Assembly (NCBI GenBank): GCA_963662285.2
Contig: CAXXMV010000003.1
Coordinates: 352,001-416,000, forward strand
From: a bacterium
GTDB taxonomy: Bacteria > Hinthialibacterota > Hinthialibacteria > Hinthialibacterales > Hinthialibacteraceae
DNA length: 64,000 nt
Direction of reading: 5' to 3'
The translations under genes were made by a program, and so were the position numbers. The notes beneath the pieces are model-generated. The model made no database searches. It was not told the origin of the DNA and saw only the letters and a list, made by a program, of their open reading frames with translations. Shown one piece after another: positions 50,598-60,764 of the stretch; positions within the stretch are counted from its first letter, which is position 1; every line of letters begins with the position of its first letter.

Positions 50598-50947
50598 TTT
50601 CCCCTCACCTTCTTAATCCCTCCATCACCAAATTGTATAGATTGTATTATGCGGAAAGGGATAATTCGTGATCCGAGGTCTTTTTGTTGAGGATATGTGA
50701 TTTCCAAATGATTTTCATATAATCTGCCATACAAATCCATATTCCAGCTGCCATTGCCTCCAGGCACGGCGGAAGCATTGTCGCTACGGGTTAAACCATG
50801 TATTGATCCATCCGGTTCAGACCATGAAACAGAATAGATTATCCCTTCCTGAATCGGCGTCTTTGAATTGTTACCGGGCATATTGCCAATCATAATTCCA
50901 ACCAGAAACGCGATGACTATTATTATCACTATCTGTGTGTTTTTCAT
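50594..50947 (-). CDS. Hypothetical membrane-anchored protein
   Basis: N-terminal TM helix, AAGGA RBS; no recognisable family. Confidence 0.6.
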   Translation of the reverse strand: MKNTQIVIIIVIAFLVGIMIGNMPGNNSKTPIQEGIIYSVSWSEPDGSIHGLTRSDNASAVPGGNGSWNMDLYGRLYENHLEITYPQQKDLGSRIIPFRIIQSIQFGDGGIKKVRGN

Positions 50948-50981
50948 TTATTCAAATCCTTATCGCTATATTTAAAGGCGT

Positions 50982-51061
50982 CAATGGCATGGCGAAATCA
51001 GCAAACACATGATCATAAGTGGCTAGAATCAAGGGCTGACCGCATTGCGGTCTTGCCCTTG
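50982..51061 (-). repeat. ~80-bp hairpin element related to 60633-60711
   Basis: CAAGGGC-AA-GACCGCA-A-TGCGGTC-A-GCCCTTG ... ATGCCATTG on the minus strand. Confidence 0.65.
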
Positions 51062-51117
51062 CCACCCGACTCGCCCTTAACACCCGACATATCGCGTTCT
51101 CAAATCACAAACTATAT

Positions 51118-52842
51118 CTAATTCTTCGGTATAACTGGTAATACCAGATGTGATGGATAATCCTTTGAGTGATGAATTAACTGATTGGCTTTGAAAGTTT
51201 CCGTATCGGTTGCGAATGCTTTGCCAGAATTCGGGTTACGGTCAAACCGGGGGAAATTGCTGCTGGAAACTTCCAGCCGGATTTTATGACCCGCTTTGAA
51301 CATATTACTGGTAACCCACATATCAATCTCGTATTGGTAAATTTTGCCTGGTTCAATCAATTCCAGATCAGTGTTTGAGTTGCGGAACCGGGCGCGGATG
51401 ATTCCTTCGCACAGGTTATAGGCTTTGCCATCGGGATGCACGTCAATCAACTTGCCGGTGAAATCAGTGTCTTTGGCGTCGCTGGATGCGTATAGAACCA
51501 ACTTCACTGGTCCGGTAACTTCGATGGATTCTGTTAGTTCCTCAGTTGTATAAACCAAGACATCTTCTCGTTTTTCTATTTTGCTTTGATCATAAGGCCC
51601 GGAAGGCACTCCGACGAGGTTATTGCCGCCATGGGTGGGAACAGGATTATCGGGATCATAAATATATTTATCAGCCTTCTCAGATTGAGGCGCTTCTTTA
51701 CTTAAGGCGCCGTCCCCATTCAGAGTATTGGCCTTTCCATCGCTATGTAGATAAACCTTGGTGAATTCGGTACGAGCCAAAGGCCATTCATGCTCGCCGC
51801 GCCATTGATTGGCGCCCATAACGAATAGGTAATAAGCCGGCCAGTCTTCAATTCCGGTATTCTTACCTTTGAGCCAATATTCATTCCATTTGTATTCAAA
51901 ACCATGTACGCCGATCTTAGCGACTTCGCCGAATTCAAGTTCGCCGCATTTGGTTTGATCCACTCCATGCCCCCAGGGACCAATGATGCAAAACTGGTTG
52001 CGCCTGATATAGGGATTCTTTGATTCATGACGCACACGGGTAACCTGATCAAGAGTATCGCGTGAAAAAATGTCATACCAACCGCCTACGTTTAATATGG
52101 GCACGGTAACATCGCTGTATTGATCATCTATGCCATGCTTTTTCCAGTAATCGTCGTAGGTGTTATGCTTAACCCAATCGCGGATATAGAAGACTTCAAT
52201 GCCAAATTGTTTTTCCCATGTGTTCAAGGGCAGTTCATCCCATTTAACTTTGCTTAAATCGGCTGGCTTGCCTGATACAGCGACTCCCCAGCCATTGGAT
52301 AAGGCCAGTTGATATGCGCCGCCAGTATACATAATGTTATAAGCATTAGTGAATGGCACTCCAGGCGCCATGGCTTTGAGATACTTGCTGGCGTTGGGAG
52401 CGGAAGCCCACTGGGTCCAACCTACATAAGAACCACCGGATGTTGCAATTGTTCCATTGCACCAGGATTGCTGACCAATCCATTCCTGGGTATCGAAGCC
52501 ATCTTCCTGATCGTAACGAAACGGCTCCCAGATGCCTTCAGAATCGCCTTTACCCCGGCAATCCTGTATAACATAGACGTATCCGTTGGAAGCATATTTT
52601 ATCCCGCCACCGTTCTTTTCATCACTCTTGCCATAAGGTGAGCGCACAAGAATAACAGGGAATTTGACGCCATCTCCTTTAGGCGTAAATATATTGGCCG
52701 CCAGATTGATTCCATCGCGCATGGGGATCATGACGTTTTTCTGAAATGTATAGTTCTGTTCTTCACAAATAACGGGTGAATTAACGACGAGTATAAAAAC
52801 CGCGAAAATCAGTATGATATTAAAATATGCGAACCGTTTCAT
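51118..52842 (-). CDS. CocE/NonD-family (peptidase S15-like) serine hydrolase, secreted
   Basis: MRDGINLA, RSPY, QDCRGKGDSEG, GGSYVG, GPWGH, SSSNFPRFDRN; start set at ATG 52842 after AAGGAG. Confidence 0.92.
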   Translation of the reverse strand: MKRFAYFNIILIFAVFILVVNSPVICEEQNYTFQKNVMIPMRDGINLAANIFTPKGDGVKFPVILVRSPYGKSDEKNGGGIKYASNGYVYVIQDCRGKGDSEGIWEPFRYDQEDGFDTQEWIGQQSWCNGTIATSGGSYVGWTQWASAPNASKYLKAMAPGVPFTNAYNIMYTGGAYQLALSNGWGVAVSGKPADLSKVKWDELPLNTWEKQFGIEVFYIRDWVKHNTYDDYWKKHGIDDQYSDVTVPILNVGGWYDIFSRDTLDQVTRVRHESKNPYIRRNQFCIIGPWGHGVDQTKCGELEFGEVAKIGVHGFEYKWNEYWLKGKNTGIEDWPAYYLFVMGANQWRGEHEWPLARTEFTKVYLHSDGKANTLNGDGALSKEAPQSEKADKYIYDPDNPVPTHGGNNLVGVPSGPYDQSKIEKREDVLVYTTEELTESIEVTGPVKLVLYASSDAKDTDFTGKLIDVHPDGKAYNLCEGIIRARFRNSNTDLELIEPGKIYQYEIDMWVTSNMFKAGHKIRLEVSSSNFPRFDRNPNSGKAFATDTETFKANQLIHHSKDYPSHLVLPVIPKN

Positions 52843-53100
52843 ATTACCGCTCCTTGGAGTTAAATTAAACTTATATGTTTTATCATACAATGATGCTAAT
52901 TGGGAAGCCTCAAATCGAATTAATATAAAAGTACTTAAATCCTGATTTAACCTATAATATTTACTAAATTTATAGTATTTATAAATCAGTTTGGATATAT
53001 TTTGTTTATTATATATTTGATTAGGATTAGGAATGATCAATTTATTGTATTCATTTGAAAATGGATTTCTCACATCAGAAACTAAATTTGGGATAAGATC

Positions 53101-54465
53101 ATGAAACAGTTATATGATTTAGTATCACATAATGAAGAATGGCTGATTGAAAGGATATTGTATTATGCAAAAAAGACAGGATATTCTAAATATACATCTA
53201 CCTTAAAAGAAGCCTGGCGGCTTTCTATAAATGAATTGTCGAAAGCCCTTCTAACCTGCATCGACCAATATGATCATATTCCGGAATTAAGTCCTGATGA
53301 GGATTATACCAAGAATCCCAGTGCATCATTTGGCATTTTGGAAGCGCAAAAGCACCGGTCGCGCGGTATTAATTTTGGTATGTTCCTCAGTCTTATGAAA
53401 TACTACAAGAGAAGTTATATCGATTTAATTAAACAAGAAGAATTTGAACGTAAGCAACAGGAACGATATATTTTATATATCGAAGGATTCTATGATCTAA
53501 TCGAACTTGGTTTCAGTGTTGAATGGACCAGTATCCATGAAAACCAGATAACCTTGGAATTACAAAATACAAATCGTTTTTTAACAAATGAAAAGAATAA
53601 GTATTTGACAATTTTTGAGAGTTTAAGTCATCCCGCTATTTTACTCAACGCAAATCACCAAATTGACAATATGAATCATGCTGCAATGACGCTCTTCCAT
53701 GGGGAATCCACTCCCGGATCATCTTATTATGGAAAAAAAAGAGAACAAAAGGAATTTCCACATCTCAGTAAAGAATTAGAAATTTTCGCACATGAAGAAA
53801 AGCAAAGAGTGTCTTTTGAAAAACAGATAGAAACCCAAGATGGAATGAGATTTTTTCAAATCAGCATAAAAAAAATGCTGGATATTAGTGAAAAATTCGC
53901 AGGGATGATTATCCTCTTCGATGATATCACTGAGAAAAAGAATGCTGAAAATATTCTTCAACAGTATGCAACGATAGATAGCTTAACAAAGATATACAAT
54001 CGGCGTCATTTTTCAGAATTGTCAGAACTTGAAATCAAGCGGGCCAATAGATATCGACATCCCCTGTCATTGTTAATGATCGATGCAGATCATTTTAAGA
54101 TAATTAATGATACTTATGGACATGAAACTGGTGATAATACTCTCGAAATATTGGCAACTGTATGTAATCAAAATTTGCGGAAGATCGATATATTGGGTCG
54201 CCTAGGTGGAGAGGAATTCGCCGTTTTATTGCCGGAAACAGATTTCGAAGGCGCCAAGGAATTGGCTGATAGATTACGGCGTTCGGTTGAAGAGACCATT
54301 ATTCCTGTTAAGCAAGATTCATTTAACATAACTATTAGTATTGGATTAGTAACATACAGAAGAGATATAACCGATTTACAATCCATATTGAAGAAAGCTG
54401 ATGAAATGATGTATCTTGCAAAATCCCATGGCCGTAATCGAGTTGAGTCATTTCTTGATTATTGA
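53101..54465 (+). CDS. Diguanylate cyclase with an N-terminal helical sensor domain and PAS
   Basis: DSLTKIYNRR, DADHFKIINDTYGH, RKID (RxxD I-site), GGEEF, AKSHGRNR. Confidence 0.92.
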   Translation: MKQLYDLVSHNEEWLIERILYYAKKTGYSKYTSTLKEAWRLSINELSKALLTCIDQYDHIPELSPDEDYTKNPSASFGILEAQKHRSRGINFGMFLSLMKYYKRSYIDLIKQEEFERKQQERYILYIEGFYDLIELGFSVEWTSIHENQITLELQNTNRFLTNEKNKYLTIFESLSHPAILLNANHQIDNMNHAAMTLFHGESTPGSSYYGKKREQKEFPHLSKELEIFAHEEKQRVSFEKQIETQDGMRFFQISIKKMLDISEKFAGMIILFDDITEKKNAENILQQYATIDSLTKIYNRRHFSELSELEIKRANRYRHPLSLLMIDADHFKIINDTYGHETGDNTLEILATVCNQNLRKIDILGRLGGEEFAVLLPETDFEGAKELADRLRRSVEETIIPVKQDSFNITISIGLVTYRRDITDLQSILKKADEMMYLAKSHGRNRVESFLDY

Positions 54466-54571
54466 TGAGGAAGATAGAATAGTGCAATTTTGGACTCTGC
54501 AAAAAAACTCCTTAAAATAAAATACTGCACTGAGATAGCGGACATCTCAAACTACTTGACAGATTCCGCCA

Positions 54572-55606
54572 TCACTTTATTGGTTGTTTGGCAACGCCTT
54601 CGAATGTTATCTTGACCTGCTTAATAGTTCCATCTTGATTAAATTCAAGTTTATCTATGCAAGTAACGCGATGGTCACGCCCTAGATTTGGGATGGGGCG
54701 TCTGTGATAAACGATATACCATTGATCGGTTCCAGGAACATTAATCACTGAGTTATGTCCTGCGCCAGTAGCAATCTTCTCATTAGATTGCAGGATGGTC
54801 CCTATACGTTTGAATGGTCCAACCGCGCTATCAGCTATGGCGTAGGCCACTTTATATGAAGAATCGCCCCACCCGCCTTCTGACCACATGAAGTAGTATT
54901 TCCCATGACGGACGAACATCACCGGGCCTTCTACATAACCTTCGGGAGTAACCTCTTTGAACAGAGAACCATCCTCCCAAGGTTTGAAACCAGTGAAATC
55001 TTGATTGAGAATGGTCAGATTACAATGCCTCCAACCTCCATAGAACATATAATACACGCCATCGACATCTTTAAAGACAAACTGATCGATTGGCTGAGCA
55101 TCATTATGAAAATCGGATAATAATGGTTTTCCCAAATAATCGCGATATGGACCTGCCGGTGTATCAGCCACAGCAATCCCGATGCCGCCTTGATGATTTT
55201 TAGGATCATTTTTATCCCACAATGGGCCGCCGGGGCGTTGGATATCATTGGCGGAAAAGAAGAGATAATATTTCTCTTGCTTTTCAATTATCGCAGGCGC
55301 CCACATCGCTCTATGCGCCCATTTTATTTTTGAGGTATCCAGCACGCGTGGATGTTTGGTCCATGTTACTAAATCCGGTGAAGAAAAAGCATCAAAGAAT
55401 GTCTGTTCATCATACTTTGCTGAATAGGTTGGAAATATCCAATACTTTGAATCCAGAACGGCGCCTTCAGGATCAGCATACCAGCCCTCGAAAACAGGGT
55501 TGCCTGAAGTTTTTTCTGCACTACAACCTTCTTGCGATGTACATACTATGAATAAGGCGAAAATGGTAATATATGGCAACAATAAAAATCTCATATCGTA
55601 TATCAT
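54572..55606 (-). CDS. Glycoside hydrolase family 43
   Basis: NPVFEGWYADP, MWAP, QPID, YVEGP, GAGHNS, YHRR. Confidence 0.92.
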   Translation of the reverse strand: MIYDMRFLLLPYITIFALFIVCTSQEGCSAEKTSGNPVFEGWYADPEGAVLDSKYWIFPTYSAKYDEQTFFDAFSSPDLVTWTKHPRVLDTSKIKWAHRAMWAPAIIEKQEKYYLFFSANDIQRPGGPLWDKNDPKNHQGGIGIAVADTPAGPYRDYLGKPLLSDFHNDAQPIDQFVFKDVDGVYYMFYGGWRHCNLTILNQDFTGFKPWEDGSLFKEVTPEGYVEGPVMFVRHGKYYFMWSEGGWGDSSYKVAYAIADSAVGPFKRIGTILQSNEKIATGAGHNSVINVPGTDQWYIVYHRRPIPNLGRDHRVTCIDKLEFNQDGTIKQVKITFEGVAKQPIK

Positions 55607-55610
55607 CCTT

Positions 55611-56786
55611 TTATTTCTTCTTAATCAAATCACTATAGGCTTCAATCAATTCAGACTCTTTGCATTGTATTAATAATGCTTTGGCTTGCGTCCCATCATA
55701 AGCATTTTTTGCTGCTCCAGCTGAGTAGTAGGTTATGGCCAGATTGCCATTGGGCAGCAGCAATCCACTGGGATATCCGAAATCTCCCCGGACTGGCCGG
55801 GAAAAAACTATATCATAGGATATATCCCAGATGCGTCCGTTGTTGCGGGAGATAACTCCGCGAATAACCCGGTTATCAGAACCGCTTCTGTCTCCATAAA
55901 GCAACAACAGCCAACCGTTGGATAATTGCAGCAGATCAGCGGGATGTTGTTTTTGGCTGGTGATGCGTAGAGGCGAAGACCAGCTGCGTCCCAGGTCTTT
56001 GCTTATGCAGCTGTCCAAGCGCTGCATACCGGCGCCATCTCTTGATGCAGCTATTAGCGTGTTATCCGGTAATAGAAAAATAGCCGTTTCATTGTGGTTG
56101 GGTAATATGAGTGATGGATCTCCCCAGGTTTCTCCATTATCTTTGGAGCGAACTATATATGCATAAGAACTGTATGATGGACTTTGGGTTTCCATCAGGG
56201 GAACTTTTTTGGTATAAGCGCCATATACATTCATCAGCAAGGTTCCATCGGACAGACGGATGATGCGTCCATAGGGCGAGCAACTCTCCAAACCCGGAAT
56301 GCCCAATGGTTTAGGTGGAGACCAGGTTGCGCCTAGGTCATCAGACCAGGTAATCATGCAGCGTGATTGTTTCATTGTTGGATTGTACGTTCCATCATTG
56401 TTGTAACTGGATTGCTCATGATAGCCGACCACAATTCGTTTGTCGGGCAGTATAGCCACAGCTGGATTACGGTCATCCGCCGTGCTGTTAACAATATCTT
56501 TTGGAGCGCTCCATATAATTCCGGTAACATCCGATATGGAGTAATTTAAAGCGCCGTTTTTTCCCAGATGCCCGGCGCCGGTCCGATATACTGCGAACAG
56601 ACTATCATCCACCATGTTTAATATGGGAAAATATCCTCCACCTTCAGCAAGAATTGAGCGCTGAATCGATGGAAATTGATAAATGTTGATCGACTTTTTG
56701 GCGACTTCTAAATCCTGAGCGGAACCATTAAGCGACAATGCGACTGAAAGAAATATGCAATATAAGGCAAGAAGTGAGTGTTTCAT
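55611..56786 (-). CDS. BNR/Asp-box repeat sialidase-like protein
   Basis: Asp boxes SDDLGATW, SKDNGETW, SKDLGRSW, SRNNGRIW; DDRNP; DFGYP; signal peptide. Confidence 0.82.
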   Translation of the reverse strand: MKHSLLALYCIFLSVALSLNGSAQDLEVAKKSINIYQFPSIQRSILAEGGGYFPILNMVDDSLFAVYRTGAGHLGKNGALNYSISDVTGIIWSAPKDIVNSTADDRNPAVAILPDKRIVVGYHEQSSYNNDGTYNPTMKQSRCMITWSDDLGATWSPPKPLGIPGLESCSPYGRIIRLSDGTLLMNVYGAYTKKVPLMETQSPSYSSYAYIVRSKDNGETWGDPSLILPNHNETAIFLLPDNTLIAASRDGAGMQRLDSCISKDLGRSWSSPLRITSQKQHPADLLQLSNGWLLLLYGDRSGSDNRVIRGVISRNNGRIWDISYDIVFSRPVRGDFGYPSGLLLPNGNLAITYYSAGAAKNAYDGTQAKALLIQCKESELIEAYSDLIKKK

Positions 56787-56861
56787 AATAGTTAATCCCC
56801 CAATATGAATTGATATTTAGAGCGGTTCTTAAAAATACGCCTTTTTATCATTAAAACCTCG

Positions 56862-58244
56862 TTACTCGGTTTCCTCTTCTGATTTTGTTAATCCGTATTC
56901 GTGCAATTTTCTGATCAATGTTCTGCGACCGATGCCCAGGACTTCAGCGGTTTTGGTACGGTTGCCATTGAATTTATCCAAACTTTGGAGAATGACTTGT
57001 TTTTCTATGTCTGATAATTTGACGTCTCCACTGGCTATGGTTTTGGGGATGCCAACTTGATCCATTTCAGTTTCTTTCCTGATTTCCAAAGGAACATTGT
57101 CCGCATTTAACTGGTCGTTGCGCGCCAGTATAACCATACTTTCTATAACGCCTTGCAGTTCCCTGATGTTACCCGGCCATGAGTATTGTTTGAAAATAGC
57201 GACAATTTCATCGGCGAACTTAATGGATGGTCTGCCGTTTTCTTTGGCATAATGTTTGACGAAACTTTTGGTCAGCAACGGGATGTCATCCAACCGGTCC
57301 CGCAGAGGAGGCGTATTCAGGGTGACCACCTTGAGACGGTAGAAGAGGTCTTCGCGGAACTTTTCATTATCAACCTGTTTTTGCAAATCCATATTGCTGG
57401 CGGCGATGATGCGGATATCAACCGCGATAGTATCCGATCCACCAACCCGCTCGAACTCTTTTTCCTGTAGAACTCGCAACAGTTTGACCTGGAGACTGGT
57501 CGATATTTCGCTGATTTCATCCAGGAATATAGTTCCCTTATGCGCTTGTTCAAAACGGCCTTTGCGTTGTTTGATGGCTCCGGTGAAAGCGCCGCGTTCA
57601 TGTCCGAAAAGTTCGCTTTCCAACAGATTCTCCGACAAAGCGGCGCAATGAATGGGGACGAAAAGATGGTTGTTGCGGGGACTAATTTTGTGAATGGCTT
57701 GCGCCACCAGTTCTTTACCTGTTCCGGTTTCACCAGTAATGAGCACGTTCGCTTTAGTCGGCGCCACTTGTTTGATCTGTTGGATCAACTCTTTAACCGG
57801 TTCGCTCTGCCCGATGATTCCTTCGAAGCCTTCAGTTTTTTCATCCCGTTCGCGGTGATATTCAATCTCCAGTTCCATCTGATTCTTATTGAGAATCTGT
57901 TCGACCAGCACTTCCAGTTCGTCAAGATCAACTGGTTTGGTAAGGTAGTTATAGGCGCCGTATTTCATCGCCTTCACCGCCATTTTAATATCGCCATAAG
58001 CGGTAAGAACAATGACATCAATATCCGGTTTTGCTTTTTTGGCTTTTTTGAGCAGCGTCATGCCATCCATACCGGGCATGCGCACATCAGTGATTAAAAG
58101 GTCATAGCTGTTTTTTTGAAGTTTGTAATATGCTTCATCACCATCGGCGGCTATATCAATTGAGCGGTATTCATTAATTAATGCTTTACGCAGTCCCTCG
58201 CGCGCATTTATTTCATCATCCGCAATCAAAATTTTTCTGCTCAT
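56862..58244 (-). CDS. Sigma54-dependent response regulator (NtrC/AtoC/ZraR family)
   Basis: REC (IADDE, DVRMP), GETGTGKE, ESELFGHERGAFTGA, WPGNIREL, Fis-type HTH. Confidence 0.95.
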   Translation of the reverse strand: MSRKILIADDEINAREGLRKALINEYRSIDIAADGDEAYYKLQKNSYDLLITDVRMPGMDGMTLLKKAKKAKPDIDVIVLTAYGDIKMAVKAMKYGAYNYLTKPVDLDELEVLVEQILNKNQMELEIEYHRERDEKTEGFEGIIGQSEPVKELIQQIKQVAPTKANVLITGETGTGKELVAQAIHKISPRNNHLFVPIHCAALSENLLESELFGHERGAFTGAIKQRKGRFEQAHKGTIFLDEISEISTSLQVKLLRVLQEKEFERVGGSDTIAVDIRIIAASNMDLQKQVDNEKFREDLFYRLKVVTLNTPPLRDRLDDIPLLTKSFVKHYAKENGRPSIKFADEIVAIFKQYSWPGNIRELQGVIESMVILARNDQLNADNVPLEIRKETEMDQVGIPKTIASGDVKLSDIEKQVILQSLDKFNGNRTKTAEVLGIGRRTLIRKLHEYGLTKSEEETE

Positions 58245-58432
58245 CTTTATTTTGTTCCTTATAAGTTTCACAAATTATAATAGGCGATCACATTATGTAA
58301 CAGAGCTTGTTGATAAATGAATAATTACAATTCACGAGCACAGTTAAAATTATATAAGATATAATATAGTTATGAGAATTTTTGACGATAACTTAATTGC
58401 TAGAAACAAATAAGTTAGGGAAACCGTTAATT

Positions 58433-59401
58433 ATGGAATTGCTTTCTACCGCGATTGGACAATTTATTGATTATATTGCCAATACCGAAGGGCGTTCAGC
58501 TCATACTGTAGAGAATTATCAACGCGACCTCGATTTTTTGCTGCAATATCTAATTGATTCAGGATATGCCCAGAGAGGCAATGCGGATTTTTCGCTTAAT
58601 ACTATCGATAAACTGGCTTTGCGGGGATTCATGACCTATTTGGTGGATCGAGGGAATACGGCTAAATCGATCAATCGAAGGTTATCGGCATTGCGTTCCT
58701 TTTATAATTTTCTGGAAAGACGGGGTATTATTACCAAAAATCCCACAGAATCGCTTCATTTTATGAAAGAAAAGAAGCGCCTGCCGATTTTTCTCGATCA
58801 GGATCGCGCTCAGGAATTGATGGAACACCCCGGCCCTGACAATGTCAAAGATTCGCCGCTGATCATGCGGGATAGAGCCATGCTGGAATTATTGTATTCA
58901 ACCGGGATGCGGGTTTCATCGCTATCAGGCTTGAATTTGAACGATTTTGATTTCGAAAGCAATTCGTTGCGCATCTACGCCAAAGGCGGAAAAACCCAAT
59001 CTCTTCCGCTAAGTGATATTGCCCGCCAGGCTTTGGAAGATTATCTGGCCGTAAGACCGATATTACTTAATCGACCCACCAAATCGAGACATGAAAAAGC
59101 GCCTCAAGCAACTTTTCTGGGACGTTTTGGAGAACGTTTGACCTCACGGGGAGTGCAACTGCGCCTGAAGCGTTATGCGCAATCGCTGGGGCTGGGCAAG
59201 ACAACCCCCCACACTCTACGCCACTCCTGCGCCACTCATCTGCTGGAAAACGGCGCCAACCTCCGCTTCGTCCAGGAACTGCTGGGACACAGCAGCCTAT
59301 CCACCACTCAGCAATATACCCACGTCACCATGAGCCGGGTGCAGGAAGTCTATCAAAAATCGCATCCCCGTTCTGATCAAAATGAACCTTCAGATAGTTA
59401 A
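58433..59401 (+). CDS. xerC: Tyrosine recombinase XerC-like
   Basis: SAHTVENYQRDL, RDRAMLELLYSTGMR, KGGK, TPHTLRHSCATHLL, LGHSSLSTTQQY, HPR. Confidence 0.85.
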   Translation: MELLSTAIGQFIDYIANTEGRSAHTVENYQRDLDFLLQYLIDSGYAQRGNADFSLNTIDKLALRGFMTYLVDRGNTAKSINRRLSALRSFYNFLERRGIITKNPTESLHFMKEKKRLPIFLDQDRAQELMEHPGPDNVKDSPLIMRDRAMLELLYSTGMRVSSLSGLNLNDFDFESNSLRIYAKGGKTQSLPLSDIARQALEDYLAVRPILLNRPTKSRHEKAPQATFLGRFGERLTSRGVQLRLKRYAQSLGLGKTTPHTLRHSCATHLLENGANLRFVQELLGHSSLSTTQQYTHVTMSRVQEVYQKSHPRSDQNEPSDS

Positions 59402-59544
59402 TACATGAGATATTCATATTGTTCATGAAAGTTTAATGACAGGAAAAAGTGTTGTATATTATCTATTCTATGGTAATATGCGAATACAGAAAGGTTTTGC
59501 GATGTTGTAATTATCCAATTTAGAAAATTAAGTGAGGAATAAAA

Positions 59545-60228
59545 ATGTCTGAGTTTGTTCTTTACATGATGTTGGTTTTTCTTCCTGGAATAATTGCCTA
59601 TCAAATTTTTGATTTATTAACTGAACATCAGGAATATAAATTACACGAGATAATTATATATGCATTTCTGTTTGGAGGCATTAGCTATTTTGTTTATTTC
59701 ATATTCGGGAATATTTTTAGTGTCGTTATCCACTTGATTCCAATATATGAACCTAAATGGACATTTACGTTTCATTTCCTGGACGCCTTGAAGAATCCCC
59801 AAAATGCTGAATATGGTGAAATTTTAGTTGTCTCCCTTCTTTCGATCTTGGTGGGCATTGGAATCACAATCATAAAAACACATAGATGGCTTTATCGAAT
59901 AGCAGAGAATCCACTTGGTTGGTTGATAAAAAGTAACGTGTGGATATCAAAAAAGCATGGGGAGTTAGATACCTTTACTTATTTAATGGATGCAACCAAG
60001 GATTCTTGGGTTATTATAAGAGATATAGAAGACAATTTTGCTTATTCTGGATCGATTTATTCCTATTCAGCCGGACATGAAAGAAATGAATTATTCTTAA
60101 CAGATGTAATAGTCTACGATAATGCAACAGGGGAAAAAATAATGTCATCGCCTGGGATTTACCTTTCCAAACCAAAAGAAAAATACATTATAGAATTATC
60201 CGTTTCTGAGAAATGTGATATAATATAA
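59545..60228 (+). CDS. DUF6338-like membrane protein
   Basis: FLPG near N-terminus, three TMs, C-terminal WVIIRD...YSGSI..YS....ELFL.DV beta domain; AT-rich. Confidence 0.6.
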   Translation: MSEFVLYMMLVFLPGIIAYQIFDLLTEHQEYKLHEIIIYAFLFGGISYFVYFIFGNIFSVVIHLIPIYEPKWTFTFHFLDALKNPQNAEYGEILVVSLLSILVGIGITIIKTHRWLYRIAENPLGWLIKSNVWISKKHGELDTFTYLMDATKDSWVIIRDIEDNFAYSGSIYSYSAGHERNELFLTDVIVYDNATGEKIMSSPGIYLSKPKEKYIIELSVSEKCDII

Positions 60229-60259
60229 AATAAGAATAAACCATAAGGGGATAAAAATA

Positions 60260-60472
60260 ATGTCAAATGATTTAGAAAAAAAGATTGTTTTCCAAGAAGG
60301 ATACGTTCATAAAGGTCGAGTACTTGGAAATCCTACAACTCCTCGTCCAAGTTATACGATACAGGGAATGGGTGGGGGATCAAAAACCTCAACAGGTACT
60401 ACAAATGAAAACGGAGGAAAATCCGAGCAAGGAAATGATATTGCTGATAAAAATGACCCTGTAAACGAATAA
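60260..60472 (+). CDS. Small low-complexity protein (EGYVHKG...PTTPRP)
   Basis: AAGGGG RBS; directly follows the DUF6338-like gene. Confidence 0.6.
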   Translation: MSNDLEKKIVFQEGYVHKGRVLGNPTTPRPSYTIQGMGGGSKTSTGTTNENGGKSEQGNDIADKNDPVNE

Positions 60473-60632
60473 ATAATCTTCATTCAGCCTACCTCCTATC
60501 CTCGCTTATTCTGTTACAAAAATTATAGTTATGCGTTATATATTCAATTAGCCGAATTGATATTCCATGAGAAAATCTGTTCATTATCTATGTATTAAGA
60601 TACAATTTGAATAATTGGTCAGGCCTGGGCGC

Positions 60633-60764
60633 CAAGGGCAAGAGCGCATTGCGCTCAGCCCTTGATTGAACCACCTACGATAAGGTGAAAAACCTTAACT
60701 TAATGACATTGGGGCTAGGGTGTGAGTAACATCATAGCCTGGGGAGCATCGGCTTCTAGCCGGT
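60633..60764. repeat. Repeat cluster: ~79-bp hairpin element ending in IS4-like TTAACTTAATGACATTG, then a CTGGGGAGCATCGGCTTCTAGCCGGT REP
   Basis: Matches 50982-51061 (reverse), 39720-39736 (17/17) and 23874-23899. Confidence 0.75.

Noticed and set aside
251-58097. Numerous 60-220 aa ORFs antisense to or overlapping the called genes (e.g. 251-751, 3111-3677, 10152-10811, 43442-44017, 57540-58097)
   Set aside because: Shadow frames of well-supported genes, with no motifs or RBS support.
58433-59401. Prophage/island or integron integrase
   Set aside because: Motifs and length fit housekeeping XerC; no IntI-specific insertion and no phage genes are adjacent.
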